Shown piece by piece: positions 1-11,962 of a DNA stretch of 34,598 nucleotides (positions are counted from its first letter, which is position 1; each line of letters opens with the position of its first letter). A program made the translations under genes and the position numbers. Source of the DNA: Octopus bimaculoides (Eukaryota). The notes under the pieces were generated by a model. The model made no database searches, was not told the origin of the DNA, and saw only the letters and a program-made list of their open reading frames with translations. The stretch covers positions 80,896,729-80,931,326 of the forward strand of contig NC_068986.1 in the NCBI RefSeq assembly GCF_001194135.2, in the 5' to 3' direction.

Positions 1-185
1 ACCACCACCACCACCACCACCACCACTTCCCTCACCACCACAACCACTTCTACTCCCAGCACCAGCACCACTACAACCATTAGCAGCAGCAGCAGCTGCA
101 GTAGTAGCAGCAGCAGCAACCCTCACCACAGTCACCACTACACAGTGTAGTAGCACTATTGTCTCACCATCTCTACCACCCACCA
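1..185. repeat. (ACC)n/(AGC)n low-complexity tract
   Basis: Direct inspection. Confidence 0.85.
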
Positions 186-322
186 CACCCTTCCCTTTCT
201 TATTCTTTTTTTTAATATCAACTTCTGTTTTCGGTGACATTCAATGTGCAAGTCTGTGTCTGTCTGTCTGTCTGTTTCTGTTTATGTATGTTCGCTAAGC
301 TTGTTTGTGCGCGCTTACGTAT

Positions 323-324
<2 letters not shown>

Positions 325-356
<32 letters not shown>

Positions 357-515
357 TGCATAATTTATTCCCTTTCACACCTAAAGCGAATTATGTTCAT
401 GAAAAGATATAAATACAATATAGCTATGATATTCAAGTATGTACTTGTGCACACGCACGCACGCACACTCACACACTAAAGTTGGATTATGTATATATAC
501 ATGTGTGTGTGTGTG

Positions 516-566
<51 letters not shown>

Positions 567-686
567 GTATACATATATGTATATATACATATGTAATTAT
601 ATATATTTTATATAAATATATACATGTATATATACATATATATACATGTGTATATATATACATATGTATATCTATATATATATATA
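325..686. repeat. (GT)n at 325-355 and compound TG/CA/TA microsatellite at 490-686
   Basis: Direct inspection; includes a 32-bp (TG)n-TA-(CA)n palindrome at 502-533. Confidence 0.9.
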
Positions 687-1501
687 NNNNNNNNNNNNNN
701 NNNNNNNNNNNNNNNNNNNNNNNNNNNNNNNNNNNNNNNNNNNNNNNNNNNNNNNNNNNNNNNNNNNNNNNNNNNNNNNNNNNNNNNNNNNNNNNNNNNN
801 NNNNNNNNNNNNNNNNNNNNNNNNNNNNNNNNNNNNNNNNNNNNNNNNNNNNNNNNNNNNNNNNNNNNNNNNNNNNNNNNNNNNNNNNNNNNNNNNNNNN
901 NNNNNNNNNNNNNNNNNNNNNNNNNNNNNNNNNNNNNNNNNNNNNNNNNNNNNNNNNNNNNNNNNNNNNNNNNNNNNNNNNNNNNNNNNNNNNNNNNNNN
1001 NNNNNNNNNNNNNNNNNNNNNNNNNNNNNNNNNNNNNNNNNNNNNNNNNNNNNNNNNNNNNNNNNNNNNNNNNNNNNNNNNNNNNNNNNNNNNNNNNNNN
1101 NNNNNNNNNNNNNNNNNNNNNNNNNNNNNNNNNNNNNNNNNNNNNNNNNNNNNNNNNNNNNNNNNNNNNNNNNNNNNNNNNNNNNNNNNNNNNNNNNNNN
1201 NNNNNNNNNNNNNNNNNNNNNNNNNNNNNNNNNNNNNNNNNNNNNNNNNNNNNNNNNNNNNNNNNNNNNNNNNNNNNNNNNNNNNNNNNNNNNNNNNNNN
1301 NNNNNNNNNNNNNNNNNNNNNNNNNNNNNNNNNNNNNNNNNNNNNNNNNNNNNNNNNNNNNNNNNNNNNNNNNNNNNNNNNNNNNNNNNNNNNNNNNNNN
1401 NNNNNNNNNNNNNNNNNNNNNNNNNNNNNNNNNNNNNNNNNNNNNNNNNNNNNNNNNNTATATATATATATATATATTTAGGAGACCCCTTCGGTAATGT
1501 A

Positions 1502-1778
1502 TGACCATGGGATTGCACCTAGAAAGTTACCCTCTCAGGCACAAGTCCGGGTAAGGTTGTTTATGGAAGGCCAGTAGTCACCCATGCTTACCAGCCTCCC
1601 CTCTCCACACCACTGATGTTATCCAAGGGAAAGGCAAAGGCCGATACAGCTTGGCACCAGTGATGTCGCAACTCATTTCTACAGCTGAGTGAACTGGAGC
1701 AACATGAAATAAAGTGTCTTGCCCAAGAACACAACACGCAGCCCGGTCCGGAAATCAAACTCACACCTCACGATCGTA
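1502..1778 (-). mobile_element. tRNA-derived SINE, family A copy 1 (5' truncated)
   Basis: Roughly 90% similar by eye to 3186-3479. The minus strand carries the GTGTTCTTGGGCAAGACACTTTAT...CTCCAGTTCACTCAGCTGTAGAAATGAGT core. Confidence 0.8.
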
Positions 1779-1789
1779 TGGTCACGAGG

Positions 1790-1993
1790 GTCCCAGCTGA
1801 TACGATCAACGGAACAGCTTGCTCGTGAGATTAATGTGCAAGTGGCTGAGCACTCCACAGACACGTGTACACTTAACGTAATTCTCAGGGAGATTCATTG
1901 TGACACAGAGTGTGACGAGGAGTGACACAGTGTGGCCCTTTGAAATACAGGTACTACTCATTTTTGCTAGCTGAGTGGACTGGAGCAATGTGA
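1790..1993 (-). mobile_element. SINE fragment with family A core but a different 3' tail
   Basis: Shares CATTT(T/C)T..AGCTGAGTG(G/A)ACTGGAGCAA..TGAA with family A, but the adjoining tail sequence is unrelated. Confidence 0.6.
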
Positions 1994-2527
1994 ACGAAGT
2001 ATAAGTTCCTACTGCGACATATGTTGTTGCTAAAATAATATACAATACCATCCGCTATAAAGACTGCTTTGCGATAGATATAAAGATTGAATATAAAGAT
2101 ACATATTAACACAAGGAGTGTTGATGGAACATTCCTATTAAAACTTTTTCCAAGATGTAAACATAAAAGGCCTGGCATAATTATTTAGGAGAAGAAAGAA
2201 ATACCAAGTAAAGACCTAGATGTATTAATTGTGAACTTCTCTTTCCAAAATCAGCGAGGCAGACTATATATATGGGCAACTGTATCTAAATCTGCAGCTC
2301 CTCTACCTTGATTATTAATTTCCATTTATATCAATAATTATTGATGCACTTGGTTATGTTAGTAAATGTCTTAGAGACAATCTAGAAAAACCTGTATTTT
2401 CGGGCGGAAAAAGAGACTTTACAACAAATACAGTTAGCAAGTGGAACCGTAAAAATATGCAAAACTTTCCTAGTGTTCATTATGTAACGTGTAGCGTTAT
2501 TGCTATCCAATTTCTATAGAGGAGGCT

Positions 2528-2530
<3 letters not shown>

Positions 2531-2563
<33 letters not shown>

Positions 2564-2879
2564 CATTATTATTCTTCTTATTATTATTATTGCTATTGTT
2601 GTTGTTATTATTATTATTGTTAGAAACCAGCTACCTTTTTCTAGAAAGATTTCTTATATGTAACAGAAAGCAAAGACATATCGAACCTTCATGTCATTCG
2701 GAAAATCCAGGAGATACAATGGTAGAGAGAACACAAAAGAAATGAAGTGGGAAAGTAGATCTTTACTTCATTCGTTTACAGCTGTTTCATAATCTTGTTA
2801 GTTATATCATCAATCGTTCTGAGAACATATGTACACACACTAATATGAATGTATGTGCGTGTATATATATATATATACA

Positions 2880-2949
<70 letters not shown>

Positions 2950-2960
2950 CTTATATATAT
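2531..2960. repeat. (ATT)n at 2531-2621 and (CA)n/(TA)n at 2862-2960
   Basis: Direct inspection. Confidence 0.9.
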
Positions 2961-3185
2961 ATATCCACATATATTATTTATATAAGTGTTAATGTTCAAG
3001 TAATATTTATTATATAACTAATAAAATGATGAAACAGCTGTAAACAAATGGAATAAATATCTACTCTTTCACCTCTCTTCTGTGTGTATATTGTGTATTC
3101 TCTATGTATGTTCTGTGTATATATATGTATATACATACTTATATATATATCTAATCTGAGATATATATATATCTGATCCCATGAC

Positions 3186-3479
3186 TGACCATGGGATTGC
3201 ACCTAGAAAGTTACTCTCCCAGGCACAAGTCCGGACAAGGTTGTTTATGGAAGACCAGCAGTCGCCCATGCATACCAGCCTCCCCTCTCCACGCCATCAG
3301 TGTTATCCAAGGGAAAGGCAAAGGCCGATACAGCATGGCACCAGTGACATCACAACTCATTTCTACAGCTGAGTGAACTGGAGCAACGGGAAATAAAGTG
3401 TCTTGCTCAAGAACACAACACGCAGCCCGGTCCGGGATTCGAGCTCACAACCTCACGATCGTAAGTTCGACGCTCTAAC
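3186..3479 (-). mobile_element. tRNA-derived SINE, family A copy 2 (head runs into gap)
   Basis: Second copy of 1502-1778. The minus strand has a B-box-like GAGCTCGAATCCC in a tRNA-like head. Confidence 0.8.
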
Positions 3480-4072
3480 NNNNNNNNNNNNNNNNNNNNN
3501 NNNNNNNNNNNNNNNNNNNNNNNNNNNNNNNNNNNNNNNNNNNNNNNNNNNNNNNNNNNNNNNNNNNNNNNNNNNNNNNNNNNNNNNNNNNNNNNNNNNN
3601 NNNNNNNNNNNNNNNNNNNNNNNNNNNNNNNNNNNNNNNNNNNNNNNNNNNNNNNNNNNNNNNNNNNNNNNNNNNNNNNNNNNNNNNNNNNNNNNNNNNN
3701 NNNNNNNNNNNNNNNNNNNNNNNNNNNNNNNNNNNNNNNNNNNNNNNNNNNNNNNNNNNNNNNNNNNNNNNNNNNNNNNNNNNNNNNNNNNNNNNNNNNN
3801 NNNNNNNNNNNNNNNNNNNNNNNNNNNNNNNNNNNNNNNNNNNNNNNNNNNNNNNNNNNNNNNNNNNNNNNNNNNNNNNNNNNNNNNNNNNNNNNNNNNN
3901 NNNNNNNNNNNNNNNNNNNNNNNNNNNNNNNNNNNNNNNNNNNNNNNNNNNNNNNNATATATATATATATATATACATATATGTATGTATGCATATATGA
4001 AATGATAGCAAATAACGAGACATAGTGATGAGGGAAGGATGAAAAACTAATTACCTAGATTTATAGTCAGAC

Positions 4073-4120
<48 letters not shown>

Positions 4121-4137
4121 GGATAGATAGATAGATA
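4073..4137. repeat. (GATA)n
   Basis: Direct inspection. Confidence 0.95.
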
Positions 4138-4710
4138 GGGCTGTAGATATTAGTTAAGATTGATAGAAAGAGAGAGAGAGAAATATATCTGAAAGCAAGG
4201 TCCAACAATGCCTCAATACGTATTGTTATAAACAAGTGCTGCGTTAGTGAACAGCATATAAAGACCAATGAAGCGTTGCTAAATACACAAAACACACAGT
4301 ACACACCACATACAATCTCAAACTATACACTAACACCTCGTATAAACATTTATTGTATAAAACTGCAATCAGTGCACTAGATACCGATGTCTTTACATCT
4401 ATCAGCGCCGACTAACAACCACAATTATTACAGCAACTAAATGCTCTTTCTGTTTCACGCGATGACACGCGAATGTTCCGTGAAACGGCGACCTCAACTA
4501 CAGTTCTCAGTGCGAATACCATGCTACACACAGCAGTACAACAGTATAAATAATGCCAGTCTGTGGTGGATGTATATAAACACTGATCGCTTCATCAGGT
4601 TGTTCCGTCACTCTTGTCTCACCTATGGCGCCATCTTTACCAGACTGTTCCTCTCCACTAGCTGCTCATCATATGCATCACTAATTTCGTATTTCCCGAT
4701 CATTATGTCT

Positions 4711-5105
4711 ATGCATGTACGTATGTATGTATGTATGTATGTATGTATGTATGTATGTATGTATGCATGTATGCATGCATGTATGTATGTATGTATGTAT
4801 GTGTATGTGTTTGTGTGTGTGTGTGTGTGTGTGTGCATGCTTGTATACCTATACATGTGAAAGTGTGTATGCATGATTGTGTGTGTACGACTGTATTTAA
4901 AGTTGTTTTTGTTTAATGCATATGCACATGTAAATTTGTCTATGCGCGTATGTACTTATATCATGTAGAATATAATACATTACTATATGTGTATGTATAT
5001 ATATATATATATATATATATGCCATATACACACATACATATATAAACATATGTATACATATGTACATGCACATACATATACTCATATATACATATACCCA
5101 TATAT
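4711..5105. repeat. (GTAT)n/(GT)n/(TA)n compound microsatellites
   Basis: Direct inspection. Confidence 0.9.
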
Positions 5106-5106
5106 G

Positions 5107-5327
5107 TATGAATGGGTGGGTGCTGAAAAGTTCCTGGCTATAAGGGTGTCGCGAAAGGCCTGGTTGGAGGTCTAGAAAAACAATTTTGCAGGGTTTAGAA
5201 AAACTGAATGATCGCTGCAATAAGTGAATGAATCTGAGAGGAAAATATGTTGAATAAAATCATAATAATCTAATCTTCCTGTATTTTCTTTTACCCAAAG
5301 CCAGGAACATTTCAACACCCGCTCATA
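5107..5327 (+). mobile_element. Mariner-derived MITE (internal deletion derivative)
   Basis: Imperfect TIRs GGGTGCTGAAAAGTTCCTGGCT (5118-5139) and AGCCAGGAACATTTCAACACCC (5299-5320) with TA-like ends. The interior translates to GLEKLNDRCNK*MNLRGKYVE*, a mariner transposase C-terminus. Confidence 0.75.
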
Positions 5328-5689
5328 TACAACGGAGCCGCAAGTGCAAAATATAAGTAAGNNNNNNNNNNNNNNNNNNNNNNNNNNNNNNNNNNNNNNN
5401 NNNNNNNNNNNNNNNNNNNNNNNNNNNNNNNNNNNNNNNNNNNNNNNNNNNNNNNNNNNNNNNNNNNNNNNNNNNNNNNNNNNNNNNNNNNNNNNNNNNN
5501 NNNNNNNNNNNNNNNNNNNNNNNNNNNNNNNNNNNNNNNNNNNNNNNNNNNNNNNNNNNNNNNNNNNNNNNNNNNNNNNNNNNNNNNNNNNNNNNNNNNN
5601 NNNNNNNNNNNNNNNNNNNNNNNNNNNNNNNNNNNNNNNNNNNNNNNNNNNNNNNNNTATATATAGTATTTTACTAGTTTTAGTTACTA

Positions 5690-5832
5690 GACTACGATCA
5701 TGCTGGGGCATCACCATGAAGGAGTTAATCTAGCAAATCAATCCTAGTAATTATTTCAAATCTGGTACTTAATACATCGATTTCTTTTTGCCAAACTGTT
5801 AAGTTGTGGAGACGCAAACAAATCAACACCGA
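5690..5832 (-). mobile_element. SINE family C, 3' tail fragment
   Basis: The reverse complement resembles the tails at 22056-22210 and 21640-21810. Confidence 0.55.
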
Positions 5833-5935
5833 ATGTGAAACAATAAGACACTAATATAAAGTTTCCCCTACCTCTCTCACTCTCCTTTTCCCCCTCCCTG
5901 TATCAATCACTCAATCAACCAATGTCTATCTAGTG

Positions 5936-5939
<4 letters not shown>

Positions 5940-5990
<51 letters not shown>

Positions 5991-6012
5991 CATCTACCTC
6001 TTTAACTGTCTA

Positions 6013-6051
<39 letters not shown>

Positions 6052-6193
6052 CTCTCTCTATCATGCACACACACAAACACACACACACACACACACANNN
6101 NNNNNNNNNNNNNNCACACGCTCACGCACACGCACACACACACACACACACACACACGCTCACGCACACGCTCACGCACACGCACACGCACAC
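5940..6193. repeat. (TCTA)n, (TC)n, (CA)n microsatellite cluster
   Basis: Direct inspection. Confidence 0.9.
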
Positions 6194-6209
6194 AGAAACA
6201 AAATCACTA

Positions 6210-6280
6210 TGACCAGGAACAGGTCGGCTATAGTAGAAAACACATCAAGGGTGTCGTGTCGTGCATCTGAACCCGATAGC
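6210..6280 (-). mobile_element. SINE family C, head fragment
   Basis: GGTCGG..CTATAGTAGAA.ACAC..CAAGG..TGAACCC matches the reverse complement of 21885-21955. Confidence 0.45.
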
Positions 6281-6282
6281 AT

Positions 6283-6978
6283 TTTAACAGATATATCTAC
6301 CAAAATTACATAAAAATATCTTGAAATACTAACGAGTAAATTTATTCAATAAAATCGCCATAGGCTTCAACCACGGCCTCCAGACGACTTCAGAAGCTCC
6401 TGCAACTCTTCTGGACGGTCTCCTTGTTTAAGTTGATGAATGATGCCATAATCCATGCATTCAGTTCATCTTTGGTGTTACAAGGAGTTTTGTTGGTTTC
6501 TCGCTCAACTAAGCCCCACGCATAATAATCAAGGGGGTTGCAGTCTGGGGAGTTAAGGTGGTCAGACGTTAGGGGTGATGTGGTAGCAGAAATTGTCTGA
6601 CAGCCATGACTGGGTTTTCCTGCTTGGGTGTGGCATGGTGCAAAGTCCTGTTATCAGACATAAGGTCTTCTCGCAGCCAACCTCGCGAAACATCATGATG
6701 TTGACAGGATGTTTGATTTTTATCACTCTCGGTAGATGCTCTCAGATTGACAGCCAAACACTCTAAAATGTTCGTACGGGAGCTTCCGGCACGAATGCCA
6801 AGCAGTACAGCTTGTTTCGAAAATTTTGGCAGATTGAATTACGTCATGGTGCTGTTTTTCTCACAGACGGAGGCCATCTGACCCTACTATACTGTGTAGA
6901 CGGCAAAATCAAAAACAAACAATGTGCATGCACAAAATTAAGAACCTCAAATGGCGACAATTTACCCATCGCACGCTG
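6283..6978 (-). mobile_element. Tc1/mariner DD37D (maT-like) non-autonomous copy, 3' truncated
   Basis: Reverse-complement homolog of 29460-30330. The 5' TIR CAGCGTGCGATGGGTAAATTGTCGCCATTTG ends at 6978. It retains the transposase C-terminus (NSPDCNPLDYYAWG...RLEAVVEA). Confidence 0.85.
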
Positions 6979-7000
6979 TGTGTGTGTGTGTGTATGTATG

Positions 7001-7034
<34 letters not shown>

Positions 7035-7059
7035 ATATGTGTGTGTGTGTGTATATATA

Positions 7060-7393
7060 TATCGGATCTATTTTAAAACGGGGGCCACAGTATTTTCTTA
7101 ACGAAACACTTTGAAACTTGGAACACTGGTAGAATGTGTCATATAAAACATCTTTTTCTCTTAGTCTTCTTAAAAAAAAAAAGAAAAGAAATCCCTAAGT
7201 TATTCCATGTGAAAGTTGTCGTATTTTTGTAATTTCAACCAATCACTGACGTCCATTCAGCCGATATACATTAAGTGCCGACTACATAAACAAACGATTC
7301 TGAAACAATTCTATCGTTGATAAAATTATTATTTCCTTGTCAAAAAATGGCTGAAGCATATTGGCAGTAGCTAATAAACCTTTCTATTATAGG
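7060..7393. repeat. Unclassified interspersed element abutting telomeric-type repeats
   Basis: Non-coding block between a TA microsatellite and the (TAACCC)n array. It looks like a non-autonomous DNA element, but its other end is lost in the gap. Confidence 0.3.
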
Positions 7394-7439
7394 CTAACCC
7401 TAACCCTAACCCTAGGGTTAGGGTTAGGGTTAGGGTTAG
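7394..7439. repeat. Inverted interstitial telomeric repeat (CCCTAA)n-(TTAGGG)n
   Basis: ctaaccctaaccctaaccct|agggttagggttagggttagggttag. Positions 7394-7433 form a perfect 40-bp palindrome that runs into an N-gap. Confidence 0.9.
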
Positions 7440-8002
7440 NNNNNNNNNNNNNNNNNNNNNNNNNNNNNNNNNNNNNNNNNNNNNNNNNNNNNNNNNNNNN
7501 NNNNNNNNNNNNNNNNNNNNNNNNNNNNNNNNNNNNNNNNNNNNNNNNNNNNNNNNNNNNNNNNNNNNNNNNNNNNNNNNNNNNNNNNNNNNNNNNNNNN
7601 NNNNNNNNNNNNNNNNNNNNNNNNNNNNNNNNNNNNNNNNNNNNNNNNNNNNNNNNNNNNNNNNNNNNNNNNNNNNNNNNNNNNNNNNNNNNNNNNNNNN
7701 NNNNNNNNNNNNNNNNNNNNNNNNNNNNNNNNNNNNNNNNNNNNNNNNNNNNNNNNNNNNNNNNNNNNNNNNNNNNNNNNNNNNNNNNNNNNNNNNNNNN
7801 NNNNNNNNNNNNNNNNNNNNNNNNNNNNNNNNNNNNNNNNNNNNNNNNNNNNNNNTGTGTGTGTGTATTTATATATATATTTAAATATATATACACATAC
7901 ACTCACACATACACACATATATATGTACTCCTCTTTTGGAATGGAACACATTGGAACACATCTCCAAAGATAAGAATATATCATTGGGAGAAAGAGCGAA
8001 GA

Positions 8003-8005
8003 GAG

Positions 8006-8050
<45 letters not shown>
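8003..8050. repeat. (GA)n
   Basis: Direct inspection. Confidence 0.9.
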
Positions 8051-8054
<4 letters not shown>

Positions 8055-8596
8055 GAGGGAAAGAAATCGAAGGGTTTGGAAAGACAAAAGCTAATAGCGG
8101 AGTTGGCATTGCTTAAGGGTATGGAAAGAACATTTTCACAGAAATTGATCCCTTTGGATTGAAGTAACGGCACGTGGCTTTGCCCTAAGATTATATGTAT
8201 TCTTGGAAATTAGCTCTCTGGAATGGTATGATAACATCTTGGAGGAAACTTAGGAATAGTATAGTCTGTAAAATTGGACATAAAATGGACAGAAAATGTG
8301 GAAAGTTTCTCTCCGAAAGTACAGCCTACCGAGCCACCAAGTTACCAAGAATGAAAGGAAGAATTCAGCTAAATTAGTAAAGACCGTCTTTCAAGCGGTC
8401 CGAAAGACTGGTTGCATATTGGGAAGAGGGACACCATATGGATTGCGTGGTACACGGACACATACTTCAGTTTTTGATGACCTTCAGAGAATTGTACACA
8501 TACACAAACACAGGCGCACACAAGTGTGAATAAGCAATTATTATTTATAATTTATGATGTACATTCATACACGCATTCACGCCGGCAATGCAAACA

Positions 8597-8597
<1 letters not shown>

Positions 8598-8637
<40 letters not shown>

Positions 8638-8850
8638 GTCTGTCTGTCTGTCTGTCTGTGCGTGTGTGTATGTGCGTGTATTTATATGTATATCCAAGAT
8701 GATGCTCCAGTTTGGCCGCAGCTCAACGACTGAAACAAGTAATATGTGTGTGTCTATACATATATGTGTATGTATGTATGTATGTATGTATGTATGTATG
8801 TATGCATGTATATATATATGTATATATATATATATATATATATAAATATA
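8598..8850. repeat. (ATCT)n/(GTCT)n, (GTAT)n and (TA)n
   Basis: Direct inspection. Confidence 0.9.
8697..8742 (+). mobile_element. SINE family C, 3' end fragment
   Basis: GATGCTCCAGTTTGGCCGCAGCTCAACGACTGAAACAAGTAA is similar to 10455-10508 and 22187-22210. Confidence 0.45.
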
Positions 8851-10454
8851 AATACATGTTCACATACAGATGTATAAAAAGGTATANNNNNNNNNNNNNN
8901 NNNNNNNNNNNNNNNNNNNNNNNNNNNNNNNNNNNNNNNNNNNNNNNNNNNNNNNNNNNNNNNNNNNNNNNNNNNNNNNNNNNNNNNNNNNNNNNNNNNN
9001 NNNNNNNNNNNNNNNNNNNNNNNNNNNNNNNNNNNNNNNNNNNNNNNNNNNNNNNNNNNNNNNNNNNNNNNNNNNNNNNNNNNNNNNNNNNNNNNNNNNN
9101 NNNNNNNNNNNNNNNNNNNNNNNNNNNNNNNNNNNNNNNNNNNNNNNNNNNNNNNNNNNNNNNNNNNNNNNNNNNNNNNNNNNNNNNNNNNNNNNNNNNN
9201 NNNNNNNNNNNNNNNNNNNNNNNNNNNNNNNNNNNNNNNNNNNNNNNNNNNNNNNNNNNNNNNNNNNNNNNNNNNNNNNNNNNNNNNNNNNNNNNNNNNN
9301 NNNNNNNNNNNNNNNNNNNNNNNNNNNNNNNNNNNNNNNNNNNNNNNNNNNNNNNNNNNNNNNNNNNNNNNNNNNNNNNNNNNNNNNNNNNNNNNNNNNN
9401 NNNNNNNNNNNNNNNNNNNNNNNNNNNNNNNNNNNNNNNNNNNNNNNNNNNNNNNNNNNNNNNNNNNNNNNNNNNNNNNNNNNNNNNNNNNNNNNNNNNN
9501 NNNNNNNNNNNNNNNNNNNNNNNNNNNNNNNNNNNNNNNNNNNNNNNNNNNNNNNNNNNNNNNNNNNNNNNNNNNNNNNNNNNNNNNNNNNNNNNNNNNN
9601 NNNNNNNNNNNNNNNNNNNNNNNNNNNNNNNNNNNNNNNNNNNNNNNNNNNNNNNNNNNNNNNNNNNNNNNNNNNNNNNNNNNNNNNNNNNNNNNNNNNN
9701 NNNNNNNNNNNNNNNNNNNNNNNNNNNNNNNNNNNNNNNNNNNNNNNNNNNNNNNNNNNNNNNNNNNNNNNNNNNNNNNNNNNNNNNNNNNNNNNNNNNN
9801 NNNTGTTTGTTTGTTCAAGTTATTGTATATATTTGTTGAACGGTCATGTTGTGGAGTCAATGATTCCATAAAGATATTCACACACAGGGCGGCAACAGGA
9901 GCATTAAGACCAGCAGGGGCGAGCTGGCACAAACTGTTTATTCTCTCTTCCGTTGCTTACGACGCCATGTGAATTACAATGGATTCTACTAGAAAACTGA
10001 GCGACTATTGTTAATTACTGGTGTTTAGTGATTGCCTTTTGTCATGCTTTCCTTAAGAAAATTCCAGAAATGTTATGCTACTATGGTATTTATTGATACA
10101 TATTAAGTATCTCTGTGTGTGTGTGTGTATCTATCAGTGTGCGTTTGCGTGTGTGAGATGTGAGGTACTGATCGTATCATTAGAGTTTTTTTTTTTTAAT
10201 AATTAGCGGGTCGGCAAAGAGATTCCGATATAATAAGTGCCAGTATCTCCCCCTTTTCAAGTGGAGCTGGACATAATTACTATTTGGTAATTATAATATT
10301 ATATTTTCAAGAGGCGGAGATAATTTTAATAAATCAAAACATTTTGCTGTAAGGTATTTAACGTAGCAGTGTTTTTCTTTGTTATTCAAATACACGCCAC
10401 TAGCCACTTCGAGTTATTTCTCATGTTTCTTTACATGTTTCTTTACAAATACCT

Positions 10455-10508
10455 GTCAAGGCGATGCTCCAGCATGGCCGCAGTCCAAAGACTGAAATAA
10501 GTAAAGGA
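10455..10508 (+). mobile_element. SINE family C, 3' end fragment
   Basis: AAGGCGATGCTCCAGCATGGCCGCAGTC...GACTGAAATAAGTAAAG matches the family C tail terminus. Confidence 0.5.
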
Positions 10509-10710
10509 GAAAGATTATATTCTTGAAAAGAGTCCTTCTAGATGAATCTGACTGGTCATATTGCAACCGAATTAATACGATTACATTGCTGGCCCTTAGT
10601 AGAAAGAACATCACTACTCGTATGCCATTGTCAAGCCACCGACCATGTACCTTGTCCAGTTCACCTGACATCATAGTAGTTCTGTGTAAACTCCAGTATT
10701 ATAGCGATAA

Positions 10711-10836
10711 ATAATCCCTTTTAATATAGACACAAGGCCTGAAATTTTGGTGGAGGGAGATATTCGATTACATCGACCACAGTGTTTCACTGATACTTAA
10801 TTTCTTAACTCCGGAAAGATAAAAGGCAAAGTCGAC
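10711..10836 (-). mobile_element. SINE family B (Nin/Deu-domain-like), 3' half
   Basis: The reverse complement matches 31795-31915 (GTCGACTTTGCCTTT.ATC.TT...GATGTAATCGA...GGATTAT). Confidence 0.65.
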
Positions 10837-11139
10837 GGGACTAGCTATGATATTTATAGTCAGTAGTGTGTGAGTGTCATTATTGGTGGTGTGAGTGAGA
10901 AATGTATAGTGGAAACAAATATAATAGTGTAATGATAGCTTAGTGTCTTATGATGGGATGCAGAACGATGGATGGTGAAATTATTGTTGTTGCTTAACGC
11001 TAGTTAAATATACTTGTTCAAATTTGCTTCAGTTGTCATCATTCCGTTCTTGGACTATATTTTCTCATATATCCTACCCTTTTTAACACTACAGGGTGTA
11101 ATTTGAAGGATACTTGGCTGTTGTTTCTAGCATGTAGAG

Positions 11140-11463
11140 CAGGGGTTTTCAACCATTTTTGATTATTATTTTATTCTGGTGGACCCCATAATCATTCGAG
11201 CTAGTTTTAGAGAAGCTTCTATCAAAATTCCTATTTTTTGTTTTTCTCACATTAACTTGTGTAGCTTCAACTATGTAAAACGTTAGAGCAAGAAACCTGA
11301 CTGTTTCTTGCAACACATACCAATGCATACACCTAAAGCAAAATTTTTTCAATGGCCCTTAAAATACTATTGTGGATCTCCAATTTACTATTTTGTTGCG
11401 ATGATCCCAAAACATCTTATACAGACCCTCAGGGGCCATATGGACCCCGGTTGAGAACCACTG
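11140..11463. mobile_element. hAT (Charlie-like) MITE
   Basis: TIRs CAGGGGTTTTCAACC and GGTTGAGAACCACTG match at 13/15. The 8-bp TSDs ATGTAGAG (11132-11139) and ATATAGAG (11464-11471) match at 7/8 and have a central TA, typical of hAT-Charlie. Non-coding, 324 bp. Confidence 0.85.
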
Positions 11464-11962
11464 ATATAGAGGAACATAACAGAGACGTCTCGTGTTGGCT
11501 CAACTATTGGTAGCAGTGTGAGTATATGACTGTAGTAGTGTGGTGGTATGACTATGGCAGTGTGGTAGTGGTAGCGGTAGTGACCAGTGACTTGTGAATC
11601 TTCAGATTCTTCAGATCAATCCGTTATATTGGTTATTGGTTCGTACCAACCGAACTCTCCAGATCAAATTTTTTTGTGTCCTTGTAATCCATCTGGAGTC
11701 ATTTGGGCTAATCTCTCTTTTTTCAATACTTCAGTTTTATTAATCCGTTTAAAGATGGGAGATCGTGGCCATACATATATAACTAATACTAATCCACATT
11801 ACAGTACTACATCGATATATCCTGAACAGAACAGCTGTTGCATAAACAGACATTCTAGGTCTCCTCTCTCCCCCGCTCATCTATTAAGAAAAATACATTT
11901 TTTGCTTGGTAATTATAACAGTATAGATACAACATGGGTTACCAATTACTAAATATTGGTTA

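Noticed and set aside
1502-3479. Possible assembly duplication of the two family A SINEs
   Set aside because: The copies differ at many positions and have different flanks, so they are independent insertions.
8050-8530. Purine-rich block with short ORFs, possibly a retroelement relic
   Set aside because: I could not recognise any RT, endonuclease or gag motif.
9909-9938. CCAGCAGGGGCG, a CTCF-like motif
   Set aside because: One G short of the core, and it overlaps what looks like a family B SINE head fragment (GGCGAGCTGGCA).
11587-11952. 121-aa plus-strand ORF
   Set aside because: No domain motif, non-ATG start and no supporting splice structure.
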